This document shows positions 17,683 to 26,904 of a DNA stretch of 64,000 nt, in pieces (position 1 is the first letter of the stretch; the number at the start of each line of letters is the position of its first letter). The DNA comes from a bacterium (GTDB lineage Bacteria > Sysuimicrobiota > Sysuimicrobiia > Sysuimicrobiales > Segetimicrobiaceae). The notes under the pieces were generated by a model that was given only the letters and a program-made list of their open reading frames with translations, had not been told where the DNA came from and did no database searches. A program made the position numbers and the translations under genes. Where the stretch lies: positions 3,312-67,311 of the forward strand of contig DASSJF010000038.1 in the NCBI GenBank assembly GCA_035691305.1, written 5' to 3'.

Positions 17683-19116
17683 TTACAGCGGCGCGACGTT
17701 CGCGCCGCCTTCCGCCGCCCGCTCCCCCAGAGGCCCCCGCGGGGCCGAGCCGCCGAACTCGGCTGAGGCCGTGCGGCGGAGCTCCGGCGACACCGTCGAC
17801 AGCAGGCGCAGCAGCACGGCCGTCACCTTCCGCGCGTCGTGCCGGACCAGCCCGTCCTCGCTCAACAGATCCTCGGCAACGCAGCGCACGCCCAGCGATT
17901 CGACCGCGGCGACGTCGGCCTCCACCGGCTCCGCGTGCTCCTGCGCGTACCGCGCGAGCAATTCGGGGCTGCGCGGCCGGCTCGTGTTGATCAGCGCGTA
18001 GTCGAAGAGGCCGCCCCCGCCCTGCTCGAGCAGCACGCGGACGTGGTCGGACGCCGTGAACCCGCGGGTTTCGCCGTGCTGCGTCATCACATTGCAGACG
18101 TAGACCTTCATCGCCGGCGACCGGCGAATCGCCTCCACCACGCCCTCCACGAGCAGGTTGGGCAGCAGGCTGGTGTAAAGGCTGCCGGGGCCGATCACGA
18201 CCATGTCCGCGTCCGCGATCGCTTCGAGAACGTCCGCGAGCGGCGGCACCGACGACGGGTTGAGGTAGACGCGGCGGACGGAGCGGCCGGCCCCTGTGAT
18301 CGCCGACTCACCCTCTACGACGCCGCCGTCCTCGAACTCCGCGCACAGCGTGACGTCGTGGAGGGTCGTCGGCAGCACGCGGCCCCGGATGGCGAGCACC
18401 TTGCCGCTCTCCTTGACCGCGGTCTCGAGATCGCCCGCGACCTGCGACATGCTGGCGATGAAGAGATTGCCGAAGCTGTGCCCGTCGAGCTCGCCGCCTT
18501 TGAAGCGATATTCGAAGAGTTGGGTCATCAGCGGTTCCGCCTCCGCGAGCGCGACGAGGCAGTTGCGGATGTCGCCGGGCGGCAGGATGCCCTGCTCGCG
18601 CCGCAGCCGGCCCGAGGAGCCGCCGTCGTCGAACACCGTGACGACCGCCGTGATGTTGGTCGACACTCTCTTCAGGCCGCGCAGCAGCGTGCCGAGACCC
18701 GTCCCGCCGCCGAGCGCGACGATCTTCGGCCCCCGTTGGAGGGCGCGCTGCTGCACGAGCAGCTCAACCAGGCGGGGATCGCCGCGCGGCAAGAACACGT
18801 CGACGATCGACCGGATCGTGGCGCGCAGCCCGTAGGCGATGAGCCCGAGACCGCCGAGCAGCAGCGCGACGCCGCCCAACATCGGCGACAGCACATGCCC
18901 GGTCACCGCGTAGGCGACGCCCACCGCGCGGATGATGGCGAGCTCGAGAACGCCGAGCAGCTTGACGTCCACGATCAGGGCCACGCCGGTGCTGACCAGC
19001 AGCACCCCGACGGCGATGAGAAGGATGTAGCGCTTGACGCCGAGCCCCGGCTCGAACCACCGGATCCAGTGCCGCACCGCGCTGCGCGCGCGGCCGGCGC
19101 CGCCGTTGAGGCTCAT
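17683..19116 (-). CDS. yvcK: YvcK/CofD-like gluconeogenesis factor (UPF0052) with an N-terminal membrane-anchor extension.
   Basis: KIVALGGGTGLGTLLRGLK...TAVVTVFDDGGSSGRLR is the YvcK signature. An ATGA overlap with the rapZ stop sets the start at MSLNGG. The first 130 aa or so contain 3-4 predicted TM helices, and the N-terminal 281 aa of ORF 17683..19959 were rejected. Confidence 0.8.
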   Translation of the reverse strand: MSLNGGAGRARSAVRHWIRWFEPGLGVKRYILLIAVGVLLVSTGVALIVDVKLLGVLELAIIRAVGVAYAVTGHVLSPMLGGVALLLGGLGLIAYGLRATIRSIVDVFLPRGDPRLVELLVQQRALQRGPKIVALGGGTGLGTLLRGLKRVSTNITAVVTVFDDGGSSGRLRREQGILPPGDIRNCLVALAEAEPLMTQLFEYRFKGGELDGHSFGNLFIASMSQVAGDLETAVKESGKVLAIRGRVLPTTLHDVTLCAEFEDGGVVEGESAITGAGRSVRRVYLNPSSVPPLADVLEAIADADMVVIGPGSLYTSLLPNLLVEGVVEAIRRSPAMKVYVCNVMTQHGETRGFTASDHVRVLLEQGGGGLFDYALINTSRPRSPELLARYAQEHAEPVEADVAAVESLGVRCVAEDLLSEDGLVRHDARKVTAVLLRLLSTVSPELRRTASAEFGGSAPRGPLGERAAEGGANVAPL

Positions 19117-20057
19117 TCTTTGCGGACGTCCCGGTGTTTCAGGCGCACCGTGTAGCCGAGCGAGCGGATGAAGCGGGCGAGATCCTCGCCGATCACCACC
19201 GACCGGTGCTTGCCGCCGGTACATCCGATCGCGACGGTCAGGTGCGACTTGCCCTCGGCGGTGTACCGCGGCAGGAGGTAGCCCAGCAGATCGTGGAGGC
19301 GCCGCTGGAACTCGCGCGTGTCGTCCGAGCGCAGCACGTACTCGCGGACCTCCGGGCTGTTGCCCGGCAGCGCGCGGAGCGTCTCGACGTAGTGCGGGTT
19401 CGGCAGAAACCGCACGTCGAACACGAGGTCGGCGTCGAGCGGGATGCCGTACTTGTACCCAAACGACGTGACCCCGACGGTGAGCGTCCGCTGCGCGTCC
19501 GCCCGGACGAACGCCTCCGCCAGCTCCTCGCGCAGCTCGCGCGCGGTCAGCGTGGTCGTGTCGATGACCTTGTTGGCCCGTTCCTTGAGCGGCTGCAGGC
19601 GCCGGCGCTCGCTGCGAATCCCGTCGAGGATGCTGCTCCCGAGCGGGTGCTTGCGCCGGGTCTCCTCGAACCGCCGCACCAGCACCTCGTCGGACGCGTC
19701 CAGGAACACGATCTGAGCGCGGATGCCCATCCCCGCGAGCGCCTGGAGGGCCGCGTCGAGCGAGTCGAAGAACTCGCCGCCGCGCACGTCCATGACGAGG
19801 GCGACGCGCCGGATCCTGCCCTGCGACTCGCGGACGATCTCCGCGAACTTCGTCACGAGCGCGGGCGGCAGGTTGTCGACGCAGAAGAAGCCGAGATCCT
19901 CGAGCGCGTGCATGGCCTGGGACTTGCCGGCGCCGCTCAGTCCCGTGACGATGAGACACTCGATGTCGTCCGTGGCGGTCCGCGGAGCGACCCGGTCCGG
20001 CGCAGGGCCGCCGGCCGGGTCCCGGCCCTCCGCGGGCGCCGGCCGCAGCGATTTCAT
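19113..20057 (-). CDS. rapZ: RNase adapter protein RapZ (YvcJ; P-loop).
   Basis: IVTGLSGAGKSQAMHALEDLGFFCVDNLPPAL and the C-terminal CTGGKHRSV motif. The start MKSLRP overlaps the DUF360 stop as ATGA. Confidence 0.85.
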   Translation of the reverse strand: MKSLRPAPAEGRDPAGGPAPDRVAPRTATDDIECLIVTGLSGAGKSQAMHALEDLGFFCVDNLPPALVTKFAEIVRESQGRIRRVALVMDVRGGEFFDSLDAALQALAGMGIRAQIVFLDASDEVLVRRFEETRRKHPLGSSILDGIRSERRRLQPLKERANKVIDTTTLTARELREELAEAFVRADAQRTLTVGVTSFGYKYGIPLDADLVFDVRFLPNPHYVETLRALPGNSPEVREYVLRSDDTREFQRRLHDLLGYLLPRYTAEGKSHLTVAIGCTGGKHRSVVIGEDLARFIRSLGYTVRLKHRDVRKE

Positions 20058-20395
20058 ACGTCCGCCACGAGGCGCGACAGAACGAAGCTGATCACGCTTA
20101 GAACGATGGCGCCGACGAAGGCCGCGAGCGCGCTCGTCAGGACGAGTTGATGCGTCGTGACCGCGACGATCCAGAGCATGAAGGCGTTGACGACGAAGGT
20201 GAAGAGGCCGAGCGTCAGAATGTTGAGCGGCAGCGTCAGCAGCAGGACGATCGGCCGCAGCACCGCGTTGACGACACCGAGCACCAGCGCGGCCAGCACG
20301 GTCCCGCCGAAACTGGTGACCTCGACGCCGGGCACGACCCGCGTCGTCAGGTAGAGCGCCACGGCGTTGATCAGCCAGCGGATCAGAAATCCCAT
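20054..20395 (-). CDS. DUF360 / phage holin family 4-TM membrane protein.
   Basis: 113 aa, highly hydrophobic (…LTTRVVPGVEVTSFGGTVLAALVLGVVNAVLRPIVLLLTLPLNILTLGLFTFVVNAFMLW…). It is the first gene of the DUF360-rapZ-yvcK unit. An extended -10 TGTTATAAT abuts its ATG. Confidence 0.55.
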   Translation of the reverse strand: MGFLIRWLINAVALYLTTRVVPGVEVTSFGGTVLAALVLGVVNAVLRPIVLLLTLPLNILTLGLFTFVVNAFMLWIVAVTTHQLVLTSALAAFVGAIVLSVISFVLSRLVADV

Positions 20396-20430
20396 ATTCC
20401 ATCCATTATAACAGGCCCCGGCACCCTGCC

Positions 20431-20453
20431 CTCACGGCCCCGTTACGGGGCCG
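20431..20453 (-). terminator. Perfect 10-bp-stem hairpin downstream of sucD (candidate terminator, no U-tract).
   Basis: CACGGCCCCG-TTA-CGGGGCCGTG lies about 50 nt after the sucD stop. Confidence 0.3.
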
Positions 20454-20500
20454 TGGCCGGAACCCGCGCGATGCACCGCCGGGCGGGCGCCGGCGCCAGG

Positions 20501-21367
20501 CTAGAGGCGGGCACGCACCAACGCGGGAACCTGGCTCACCAACTGCGCGACCCCCACACCGGCGGCTTCGAGCGCCGCGACCTTGTGCTGCGCGGTGCCC
20601 TCGGTGCCGGAGATGACCGCGCCGGCGTGCCCCATCCGCTTGCCCGGCGGAGCCGTGCGGCCGGCGATGTACGAGACGACGGGTTTCTTCAGCGACCGCG
20701 CGATGTAGCGCGCCGCGTCTTCCTCCGCGCTGCCCCCGATCTCACCGATCAGCACGACCGCCTTGGTCTCGGGATCGGCGCCGAACCACTCCAGCGCCTC
20801 GACGAACGACGTCCCGGCGACGGGATCACCGCCGAGCCCGACCGCCGTCGTTTGCCCGAGGCCGGCGCGCGTCAGGCCGGCGACGACCTCGTAGGTCAGC
20901 GTGCCGCTGCGCGAGACGACCCCTACGGGCCCCGGCGTAAACAGGTGCCACGGCATGATGCCGACCCGGCACTGACCGGCGGTCGTGACGCCCGGCCCGT
21001 TGGGCCCGAGGACGCGCACCCCCTGGCGGCGCGCGTAGGCAACGACGTCGATCGCGTCGTGCACCGGGAGGCCTTCGGTGATCGTAACGACGGGGTCGAG
21101 GCGCGACGCGATCGCCTCCAGCGCCGCCTCCCTCGCGAACCGCGCCGGCACGAAGATCACGCAGGCGTTGGCCCCGGTCTCCCGCACCGCTTCGTCGATC
21201 GTGTCGAAGACCGGGACGTCGTGGACCCGCTGCCCGCCCTTGCCGGGGGTGACACCGGCGACGACGGCCGTCCCCGCGTCGAGGCTCTGCTTGGCGTGGA
21301 ACGCGCCTTGGTACCCGGTGATCCCCTGGACGAGCAGCCGGGTCTCCCGGCCGACGAGGACGGCCAT
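20501..21367 (-). CDS. sucD: Succinyl-CoA synthetase alpha subunit.
   Basis: 288 aa. [16 protein letters not shown]..., with the ATG overlapping the sucC stop (TGATG). The N-extension of ORF 20501..22075 was rejected. Confidence 0.9.
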   Translation of the reverse strand: MAVLVGRETRLLVQGITGYQGAFHAKQSLDAGTAVVAGVTPGKGGQRVHDVPVFDTIDEAVRETGANACVIFVPARFAREAALEAIASRLDPVVTITEGLPVHDAIDVVAYARRQGVRVLGPNGPGVTTAGQCRVGIMPWHLFTPGPVGVVSRSGTLTYEVVAGLTRAGLGQTTAVGLGGDPVAGTSFVEALEWFGADPETKAVVLIGEIGGSAEEDAARYIARSLKKPVVSYIAGRTAPPGKRMGHAGAVISGTEGTAQHKVAALEAAGVGVAQLVSQVPALVRARL

Positions 21368-22497
21368 CAGCCGCGGCCCGCCGCGCCGGAGGTCCCGCCG
21401 CGCGCCAGCGCCACCGCGGCGCGCGCGCCTTCTTCCGGATCGATGCCGACCGTGATGCCCGCCGCCTTGAGAATTTCGCGGGCCTCCACCTCGTTCGTGC
21501 CGGTGAGCCGGATGCTCGCCGGCACGCGCGGCGGCCGCGTCACGATGCCGCGTGCGATGTCGTCGCAGCGCGTGATCCCGCCGAAGATGTTGATGAACAG
21601 CGCGCGGACGCCGGGCTTGCGCTGCACGAGCTCGATCGCGGCCTGCATGCCCTCCTCGCTCGCGCCGCCGCCGACGTCGAGGAAGTTGGCCGCCCGGCCG
21701 CCGAAATGCGCCAGGAGATCGAGCGTGCTCATGACGAGGCCGGCGCCGTTCCCGATCACCGCGATGTCGCCGTCCAGTTCGACGTAGGAGAGGCCGTGCT
21801 CGCGCGCCTCGCGCTCGAGGGCCGTCATCTCCTCCGACGGCGGCCGGTCGTTGTGCCGGTAGGCCGCGTTGTCGTCGAGGACGAGTTTGGCATCCACGCA
21901 CAGCAGGTGGCCGCCGACGCGCGCGAGGGGATTGATCTCCGCGAGGTCCGCGTCTTCGTCCCGGTACAGCCGGTACAGCGTGGCCGCGATCCCGGTGAAC
22001 TCCTCGAGCAGCGGGCCGGTGAAGCCGAGCCGCCGCCCCAACCCCCGCGCGGCGAAGGCGGGCACGCCCAGGCACGGGTCCACGTCCAGGCGCGCGATCC
22101 TTTCCGGGGTCTCGCGCGCGACGGTCTCGATCTCGACGCCGCCCGACGCAGAGGCGATGCCCGCGGCCCGGCGCGGGCCGCGGTCGGTCACGAACGCGAG
22201 ATAGTACTCGGCCTCGATCTCCGCCGCCGGCACCACGAGGACGCGGCCGACGCGCTCGCCTTTGATGTCCATGCCGAGGATCGCCCGGGCGTGCGTCTCC
22301 GCCTCCGCGGGAACCTTGGCCAGCTTCACCCCGCCGGCCTTGCCCCGGCCGCCGACCAGCACCTGGGCCTTCACGACCACCGGGTATTGAATGGAGAGGC
22401 CGCGCACCGCCTCCGGCCGGTCGACGACGGTGCCCGTCTGGACGGGCAGACCGTAGCGCGCGAACACCTCTTTGGCCTGATACTCGTGCAGCTTCAT
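21367..22497 (-). CDS. sucC: Succinyl-CoA synthetase beta subunit.
   Basis: 376 aa. [37 protein letters not shown] is typical SucC. Confidence 0.9.
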   Translation of the reverse strand: MKLHEYQAKEVFARYGLPVQTGTVVDRPEAVRGLSIQYPVVVKAQVLVGGRGKAGGVKLAKVPAEAETHARAILGMDIKGERVGRVLVVPAAEIEAEYYLAFVTDRGPRRAAGIASASGGVEIETVARETPERIARLDVDPCLGVPAFAARGLGRRLGFTGPLLEEFTGIAATLYRLYRDEDADLAEINPLARVGGHLLCVDAKLVLDDNAAYRHNDRPPSEEMTALEREAREHGLSYVELDGDIAVIGNGAGLVMSTLDLLAHFGGRAANFLDVGGGASEEGMQAAIELVQRKPGVRALFINIFGGITRCDDIARGIVTRPPRVPASIRLTGTNEVEAREILKAAGITVGIDPEEGARAAVALARGGTSGAAGRG

Positions 22498-22516
22498 GAA
22501 ACGGCCGCCGGTCGGG

Positions 22517-23455
22517 CTACAGCTTCAGCAGGGCGACGTTCTCACGGATGCCGGCGACCGCGGCGTCGAACGCCTTCCGCTCGTCGGGCGCAAGCGGCGC
22601 CTCAAAGATCCGCTCGACGCCGCCGGCGCCCAGGACGACCGGCGTCCCCACGTAGAGATCGCGAACACCGTACTGGCCGGTGAGATGCGCGGAAACCGGC
22701 AGCACGCGCTTTCGGTCGAACAGGATCGCCTCGACCATCTGCGTGATGGCGGCGCCGGGCGCGAAGAACGCGCTGCCCGTCTTGAGCAGATTCACGATCT
22801 CCGCGCCGCCCTTGCGGGTCCTCTCCACGACCGCGGCGATCCGGTCGGGAGGCAGCCACTTTGCGAGCGGCAGGCCGCCGATCGTCGCCAGGCTGGCGAG
22901 CGGCACCATGTGGGTGTCGCTGTGCGCGCCCACGACCATCGCCGAAACATCCAGCACGGACACCCCGGCGGCTTCGGCGATGAACGTCCGGAACCGTGTG
23001 CTGTCCAGCGCGCCGCTCTGGCCGATGACGCGCTCCGGCGGGAAGCCGCTGACCTTGTAGGCAAGGTAGACCATCGCGTCGAGCGGGTTCGTGACGACGA
23101 TCAGGCACGCATCCGGGGACCGCTTCGTCAATTCCTGCGTGACGCCGCGGACGATGCCCGCGTTGACGTTGAGCAAATCCTCCCGGCTCATGCCCGGCTT
23201 GCGCGCGACGCCGGCGACAAGCACCATGACGTCGGAGCCCTCGGTCTCGTCGTACTTGTTGGTCCCGACGAGACGGAGGTCGAAGCCCTCGATCGGCCCG
23301 GCCTCGCTCAGGTCGAGCGCCTTGCCCTGCGGCATGCCCTCGATGACGTCGACGAGCACCACGTCGGCGAGGCGGCGCGAGACGATCCACTGGGCCGCGG
23401 AGTGCCCGACGTTGCCGGCGCCGACGATCGAGACTTTCGCGCGGGTGCGTGCCAC
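22517..23455 (-). CDS. mdh: Malate dehydrogenase (LDH-like family, NAD-dependent).
   Basis: KVSIVGAGNVGHS Rossmann motif. Arg in GVARKPGMSR (MDH-type rather than LDH Gln). A GTG start lies 9 nt after AGGGGAG. Confidence 0.8.
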   Translation of the reverse strand: MARTRAKVSIVGAGNVGHSAAQWIVSRRLADVVLVDVIEGMPQGKALDLSEAGPIEGFDLRLVGTNKYDETEGSDVMVLVAGVARKPGMSREDLLNVNAGIVRGVTQELTKRSPDACLIVVTNPLDAMVYLAYKVSGFPPERVIGQSGALDSTRFRTFIAEAAGVSVLDVSAMVVGAHSDTHMVPLASLATIGGLPLAKWLPPDRIAAVVERTRKGGAEIVNLLKTGSAFFAPGAAITQMVEAILFDRKRVLPVSAHLTGQYGVRDLYVGTPVVLGAGGVERIFEAPLAPDERKAFDAAVAGIRENVALLKL

Positions 23456-23472
23456 CGTTGAAACTCCCCTTT

Positions 23473-24231
23473 CTACGTGCCGCGGGGCTCCTTGCGGCCG
23501 CCGAAGGCCCGGAGCAGGGCGCGCCACGGGTCGAAGTGATCGTCCGCGGTGCGCTCCTTCAGCGGGATGATCGCGTTGTCCGTGATGTGGATGCTTTCCG
23601 GGCAGACCTCTTCGCAGCACTTCGTGATGTTGCAGTACCCGATGCCGCCCTTGCCCGCGAGCAGGTCGGTCCGGGTCAGCGTGTCTTTCGGATGCATCTC
23701 GAGGGCGGCGATGCGCACCATGAACCGCGGGCCGTAGTAGCGATCCGTGCCGTGATGCTCGCGCAGGACGTGACAGACGTCCTGGCACAGGAAGCACTCG
23801 ATGCACTTCCGGAACTCGAACAGCCGCTCCACGTCGAGCGGCGTCATGCGCCACTCCTTCGAACGCGCGTCCTCGGCCGAAGGCGTGAACGGCGGGATCT
23901 CCTTGTTCACGCGGTAGTTCCACGAGACGTCGGTGACGAGGTCCTTGAGGAGCGGAAACACCTTGATCGGCCGCACCGTGATCGGCGCGCCGTGAAAGTC
24001 GTCCACGCGGGTCTTGCACATGAGCCGCGGCTTGCCGTTGATCTCGGCGCTGCAGGAGCCGCATTTGGCCGCCTTGCAGTTCCACCGGCAGGCCAACGTC
24101 GAGTCGAAATGCGCCTGAATGTGATGCATCGCGTCGAGGACGACCATGCCCTCCATCGGCGGCACGGCGTACTCCTTGAGGTCGCCGCCTTTCGCGTCGC
24201 CCCGGAAGACGTGGAAGATCTGATCGGCCAT
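23473..24231 (-). CDS. sdhB: Succinate dehydrogenase/fumarate reductase iron-sulfur subunit.
   Basis: 252 aa. CRWNCKAAKCGSCSAEINGKPRLMC (2Fe-2S), CIECFLCQDVC and CNITKCCEEVCP cluster motifs are present. The ATG follows GGTAGGAGAG. Confidence 0.9.
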   Translation of the reverse strand: MADQIFHVFRGDAKGGDLKEYAVPPMEGMVVLDAMHHIQAHFDSTLACRWNCKAAKCGSCSAEINGKPRLMCKTRVDDFHGAPITVRPIKVFPLLKDLVTDVSWNYRVNKEIPPFTPSAEDARSKEWRMTPLDVERLFEFRKCIECFLCQDVCHVLREHHGTDRYYGPRFMVRIAALEMHPKDTLTRTDLLAGKGGIGYCNITKCCEEVCPESIHITDNAIIPLKERTADDHFDPWRALLRAFGGRKEPRGT

Positions 24232-24245
24232 CGCGCTTCGCTCTC

Positions 24246-25985
24246 CTACCGCACAGACTTGACGACGGTCTGGCCCTGCACGAGCTTCGCGAGCTCGGGC
24301 GGCATCTGCGGCACCGGCCGCGTTCGTACCGCCATCCGGCCGTTCTCCTTGACGGCGATCATGTTCTTCTGGCCCCAGTCCGCGTTCTGGTCGGGAAAGT
24401 CGAGCCGCCAATGCGAGCCGCGGCTCTCCCGGCGTTCGATCGCGCAGCGGAAGATCGCCTCCGCGAGCGTCAGCATGAACCGGACGTCGCGGCATTCGTG
24501 CCAGCCGGGGTTGAACAGCATCGACCCGCCGACGTGCAGCCGCTCCGCGCGCGCCTGGAGCGCGAGCAGCTTGTCGAGCCCCTGTTGCAGCCCCTCGCCC
24601 GTCCGCGCGATGCCGGCGTGTTCCGCCATGATCGCCTGGAGGCCCTCGTGAACGGCGTACGGGTTCTCGCTGCCGTCGCCCTCGAACGGCCGGCGGAGCA
24701 GGGTCCGCTCCTCGTCCGCCTGCGCGTCGTCGACGCGCGGCATCCCGGACACGCCTTTCACGTACTGCGCGGCGTGCTCGCCGGCGCGCTTGCCGAAGAC
24801 GATCAGATCGCTCAGGGAGTTGCCGCCGAGCCGGTTCGCACCGTGGAGGCCCGCCGCGACCTCGCCGGCCGCGAAGAGCCCGGGAACCGTCGACTGGCCG
24901 GTGCCCGCCTCGACCCGCACGCCGCCCATCACGTAATGGATGGTGGGCGCCACTTCCATCGGCGACTTTGTGATGTCGATGTCGGCCAGCTTGTGGAACT
25001 GCTCCCACATGCTCGGCAGCTTCCGTTTGATGGCCTCCGCGTCGAGGTGCGTGATCTCGAGCCAGGCACCGCCGTGCGGCGTCCCGCGGCCCGCCTGGAC
25101 CTCCTTGTAGATCGACCGCGCAACCACGTCGCGGCTGCTGAGGTCCTTCTTCACGGGATCGTAGCGCTCCATGAAGCGCTCGCCCTCGGAGTTGCGGAGG
25201 ATCCCGCCCTCGCCGCGCACCGCCTCCGTGACCAGAATCCCTTTCACCCCGGGCGGCCACACCATCCCGGTCGGGTGGAACTGGACCATCTCCATGTCCA
25301 TGAGCTCGGCGCCGGCCTCGTAGGCCATCGCGCAGCCGTCGCCGGTGCACTCCCAGGAGTTGCTGGTCACCTTGTACAGCTTGCCCCAACCGCCGGTCGC
25401 GAGCACGACCGCCTTCGCGCGGAACACGACGAACCGTCCGGTCTCGCGGACGTACCCGAACGCCCCGGCGATGCGGTCGCCGTCCTTGAGGAGGCGGGTG
25501 AGCGTCACTTCCATGTGCACGTCGATGCCGCAGTGGATCGCCTTATCCTGGAGCGTGCGGATCATCTCCAGGCCGGTCCGGTCGCCTACGTGGCACAAGC
25601 GGCGGTAGGTGTGGGCACCGAACGGCCGCTGAAGAATGCGGCCGTCCGGCGTGCGGTCGAAGAGACCGCCCCAGTGCTCCAACTCGTAGACGCGCTCGGG
25701 CGCCTCTTTGGCGAAAAACTCCACCATGCGATAGTCGTTGATCATCTGCCCGCCGCGCATGGTGTCGCCGAAGTGCACTTCCCAGTTGTCCTGTGAGTCG
25801 ACGTTGCCGAGCGCCGCCGCGATGCCGCCTTCGGCCATGACCGTGTGGGCTTTTCCGAGGAGCGACTTGCACACGAGTCCGACCGACACGCCGCCATCGG
25901 CGGCCGCGATCGCGGCGCGCAGGCCGGCGCCGCCCGCACCGACGATCAGAACGTCGTACTGGCGCTCGTCGTACCAATCAGCCAC
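24246..25985 (-). CDS. sdhA: Succinate dehydrogenase flavoprotein subunit.
   Basis: About 579 aa. YDVLIVGAGGAGLRAAI FAD motif, FHPTG, and the HYVMGGV covalent-FAD region. A GTG start follows GAGGGGAGA. The N-extension of ORF 24246..26720 was rejected. Confidence 0.9.
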   Translation of the reverse strand: MADWYDERQYDVLIVGAGGAGLRAAIAAADGGVSVGLVCKSLLGKAHTVMAEGGIAAALGNVDSQDNWEVHFGDTMRGGQMINDYRMVEFFAKEAPERVYELEHWGGLFDRTPDGRILQRPFGAHTYRRLCHVGDRTGLEMIRTLQDKAIHCGIDVHMEVTLTRLLKDGDRIAGAFGYVRETGRFVVFRAKAVVLATGGWGKLYKVTSNSWECTGDGCAMAYEAGAELMDMEMVQFHPTGMVWPPGVKGILVTEAVRGEGGILRNSEGERFMERYDPVKKDLSSRDVVARSIYKEVQAGRGTPHGGAWLEITHLDAEAIKRKLPSMWEQFHKLADIDITKSPMEVAPTIHYVMGGVRVEAGTGQSTVPGLFAAGEVAAGLHGANRLGGNSLSDLIVFGKRAGEHAAQYVKGVSGMPRVDDAQADEERTLLRRPFEGDGSENPYAVHEGLQAIMAEHAGIARTGEGLQQGLDKLLALQARAERLHVGGSMLFNPGWHECRDVRFMLTLAEAIFRCAIERRESRGSHWRLDFPDQNADWGQKNMIAVKENGRMAVRTRPVPQMPPELAKLVQGQTVVKSVR

Positions 25986-26035
25986 GAGACCGTCTCCCCT
26001 CACGCCCGCCTGCGGGCGCTCGACCCGCCGGTTTC

Positions 26036-26773
26036 CTAGAACAGCTTCGGGTCGCCGATTATCCCCGCGCCCAACAACCTGATGAACACGTCCGCGAGTC
26101 CGACGGAGAACAGGCTCAGCCAGGCCCACGCGGCGTGGTGGACCGTGAGCCGGCTGACCCCCTGCCGCAGGCGCGCCCGGAGCAGGCCGCCCCGCGCGCA
26201 GGAGAAGCAGTCGAGATTCCCGCCGACAAGGTGCCGGCACGCGTGGCACCCGAACGTATAGCCGGAGAGCAGAATCACGTTCACGAGGAACAACAGCGAG
26301 CCGAAGTGGACCGTGAACACGCCGTTTTGGAAGAACGTATCGATCGCGTCCTTCCAGAGAAAGAGCAGCACGATGATCGCCGCGTAGAGAAAGTACCGGT
26401 GGAAGTTGCTGAGGACGAACGGGAACCGCGTCTCGCCCGTGTAGCCGCCGCGCCGCTCCGGGATCATGCACGAGACCGGGTCCATGAAGTACGAGCGGTA
26501 GTACGCCTTGCGGTAGTAGTAGCACGTCGCGCGGAATCCGAGCGGCGCCCACAGCACCCAAAACGCGGGTGAGATCGGAATCCCGTTGATCCGCACCGGC
26601 GGCGAGTAGAACGGCGACAGGTAGGGAGCGACGTAGCCGTGTCCCTGCAGCGCGACCCAGATCGAATAGACGCCGAAGGCCGTCAGCACGGTGACGGTCG
26701 CCGCCGGCTGCAACCACCACGGAATCGCGGGAGCAGACGAACCGTGCGGATTGCGGAGTGCCTGATCGCTCAT
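26036..26773 (-). CDS. sdhC: Succinate dehydrogenase cytochrome b558 membrane anchor (single-subunit, Bacillus-type SdhC).
   Basis: 245 aa, 5 predicted TM helices with conserved His residues. It is the first gene of sdhCAB. Confidence 0.75.
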   Translation of the reverse strand: MSDQALRNPHGSSAPAIPWWLQPAATVTVLTAFGVYSIWVALQGHGYVAPYLSPFYSPPVRINGIPISPAFWVLWAPLGFRATCYYYRKAYYRSYFMDPVSCMIPERRGGYTGETRFPFVLSNFHRYFLYAAIIVLLFLWKDAIDTFFQNGVFTVHFGSLLFLVNVILLSGYTFGCHACRHLVGGNLDCFSCARGGLLRARLRQGVSRLTVHHAAWAWLSLFSVGLADVFIRLLGAGIIGDPKLF

Positions 26774-26904
26774 GGGAACCTTCCGGTTTGGTCGACTGGG
26801 CGATTCAAGGGACGCTGCTCGACTTTTCGGGTCACACGAAGGGGTTTCCTCCCCCGCGGCATACTATACGCGCGGGCCCGCTCGTCTTAGCGTGGAGGAC
26901 GACT

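Noticed and set aside
11077-17990. Plus-strand ORFs of 311-601 aa (11077..12012, 11786..13561, 13651..15093, 16185..17990) opposite the nuo genes.
   Set aside because: Antisense artefacts with His/Arg/Asp/Glu-rich composition and no recognisable domains. The nuo frames are unambiguous.
17683-19959. 758-aa version of yvcK, and similar over-long ORFs (nuoM 1062 aa, sdhA 824 aa, hisD 830 aa, peptidase 804 aa, hisG 317 aa, sucD 524 aa).
   Set aside because: Their N-terminal portions are Arg-rich and overlap the neighbouring real genes in other frames. Shine-Dalgarno-backed internal ATG/GTG starts and GTGA/ATGA coupling give family-typical lengths.
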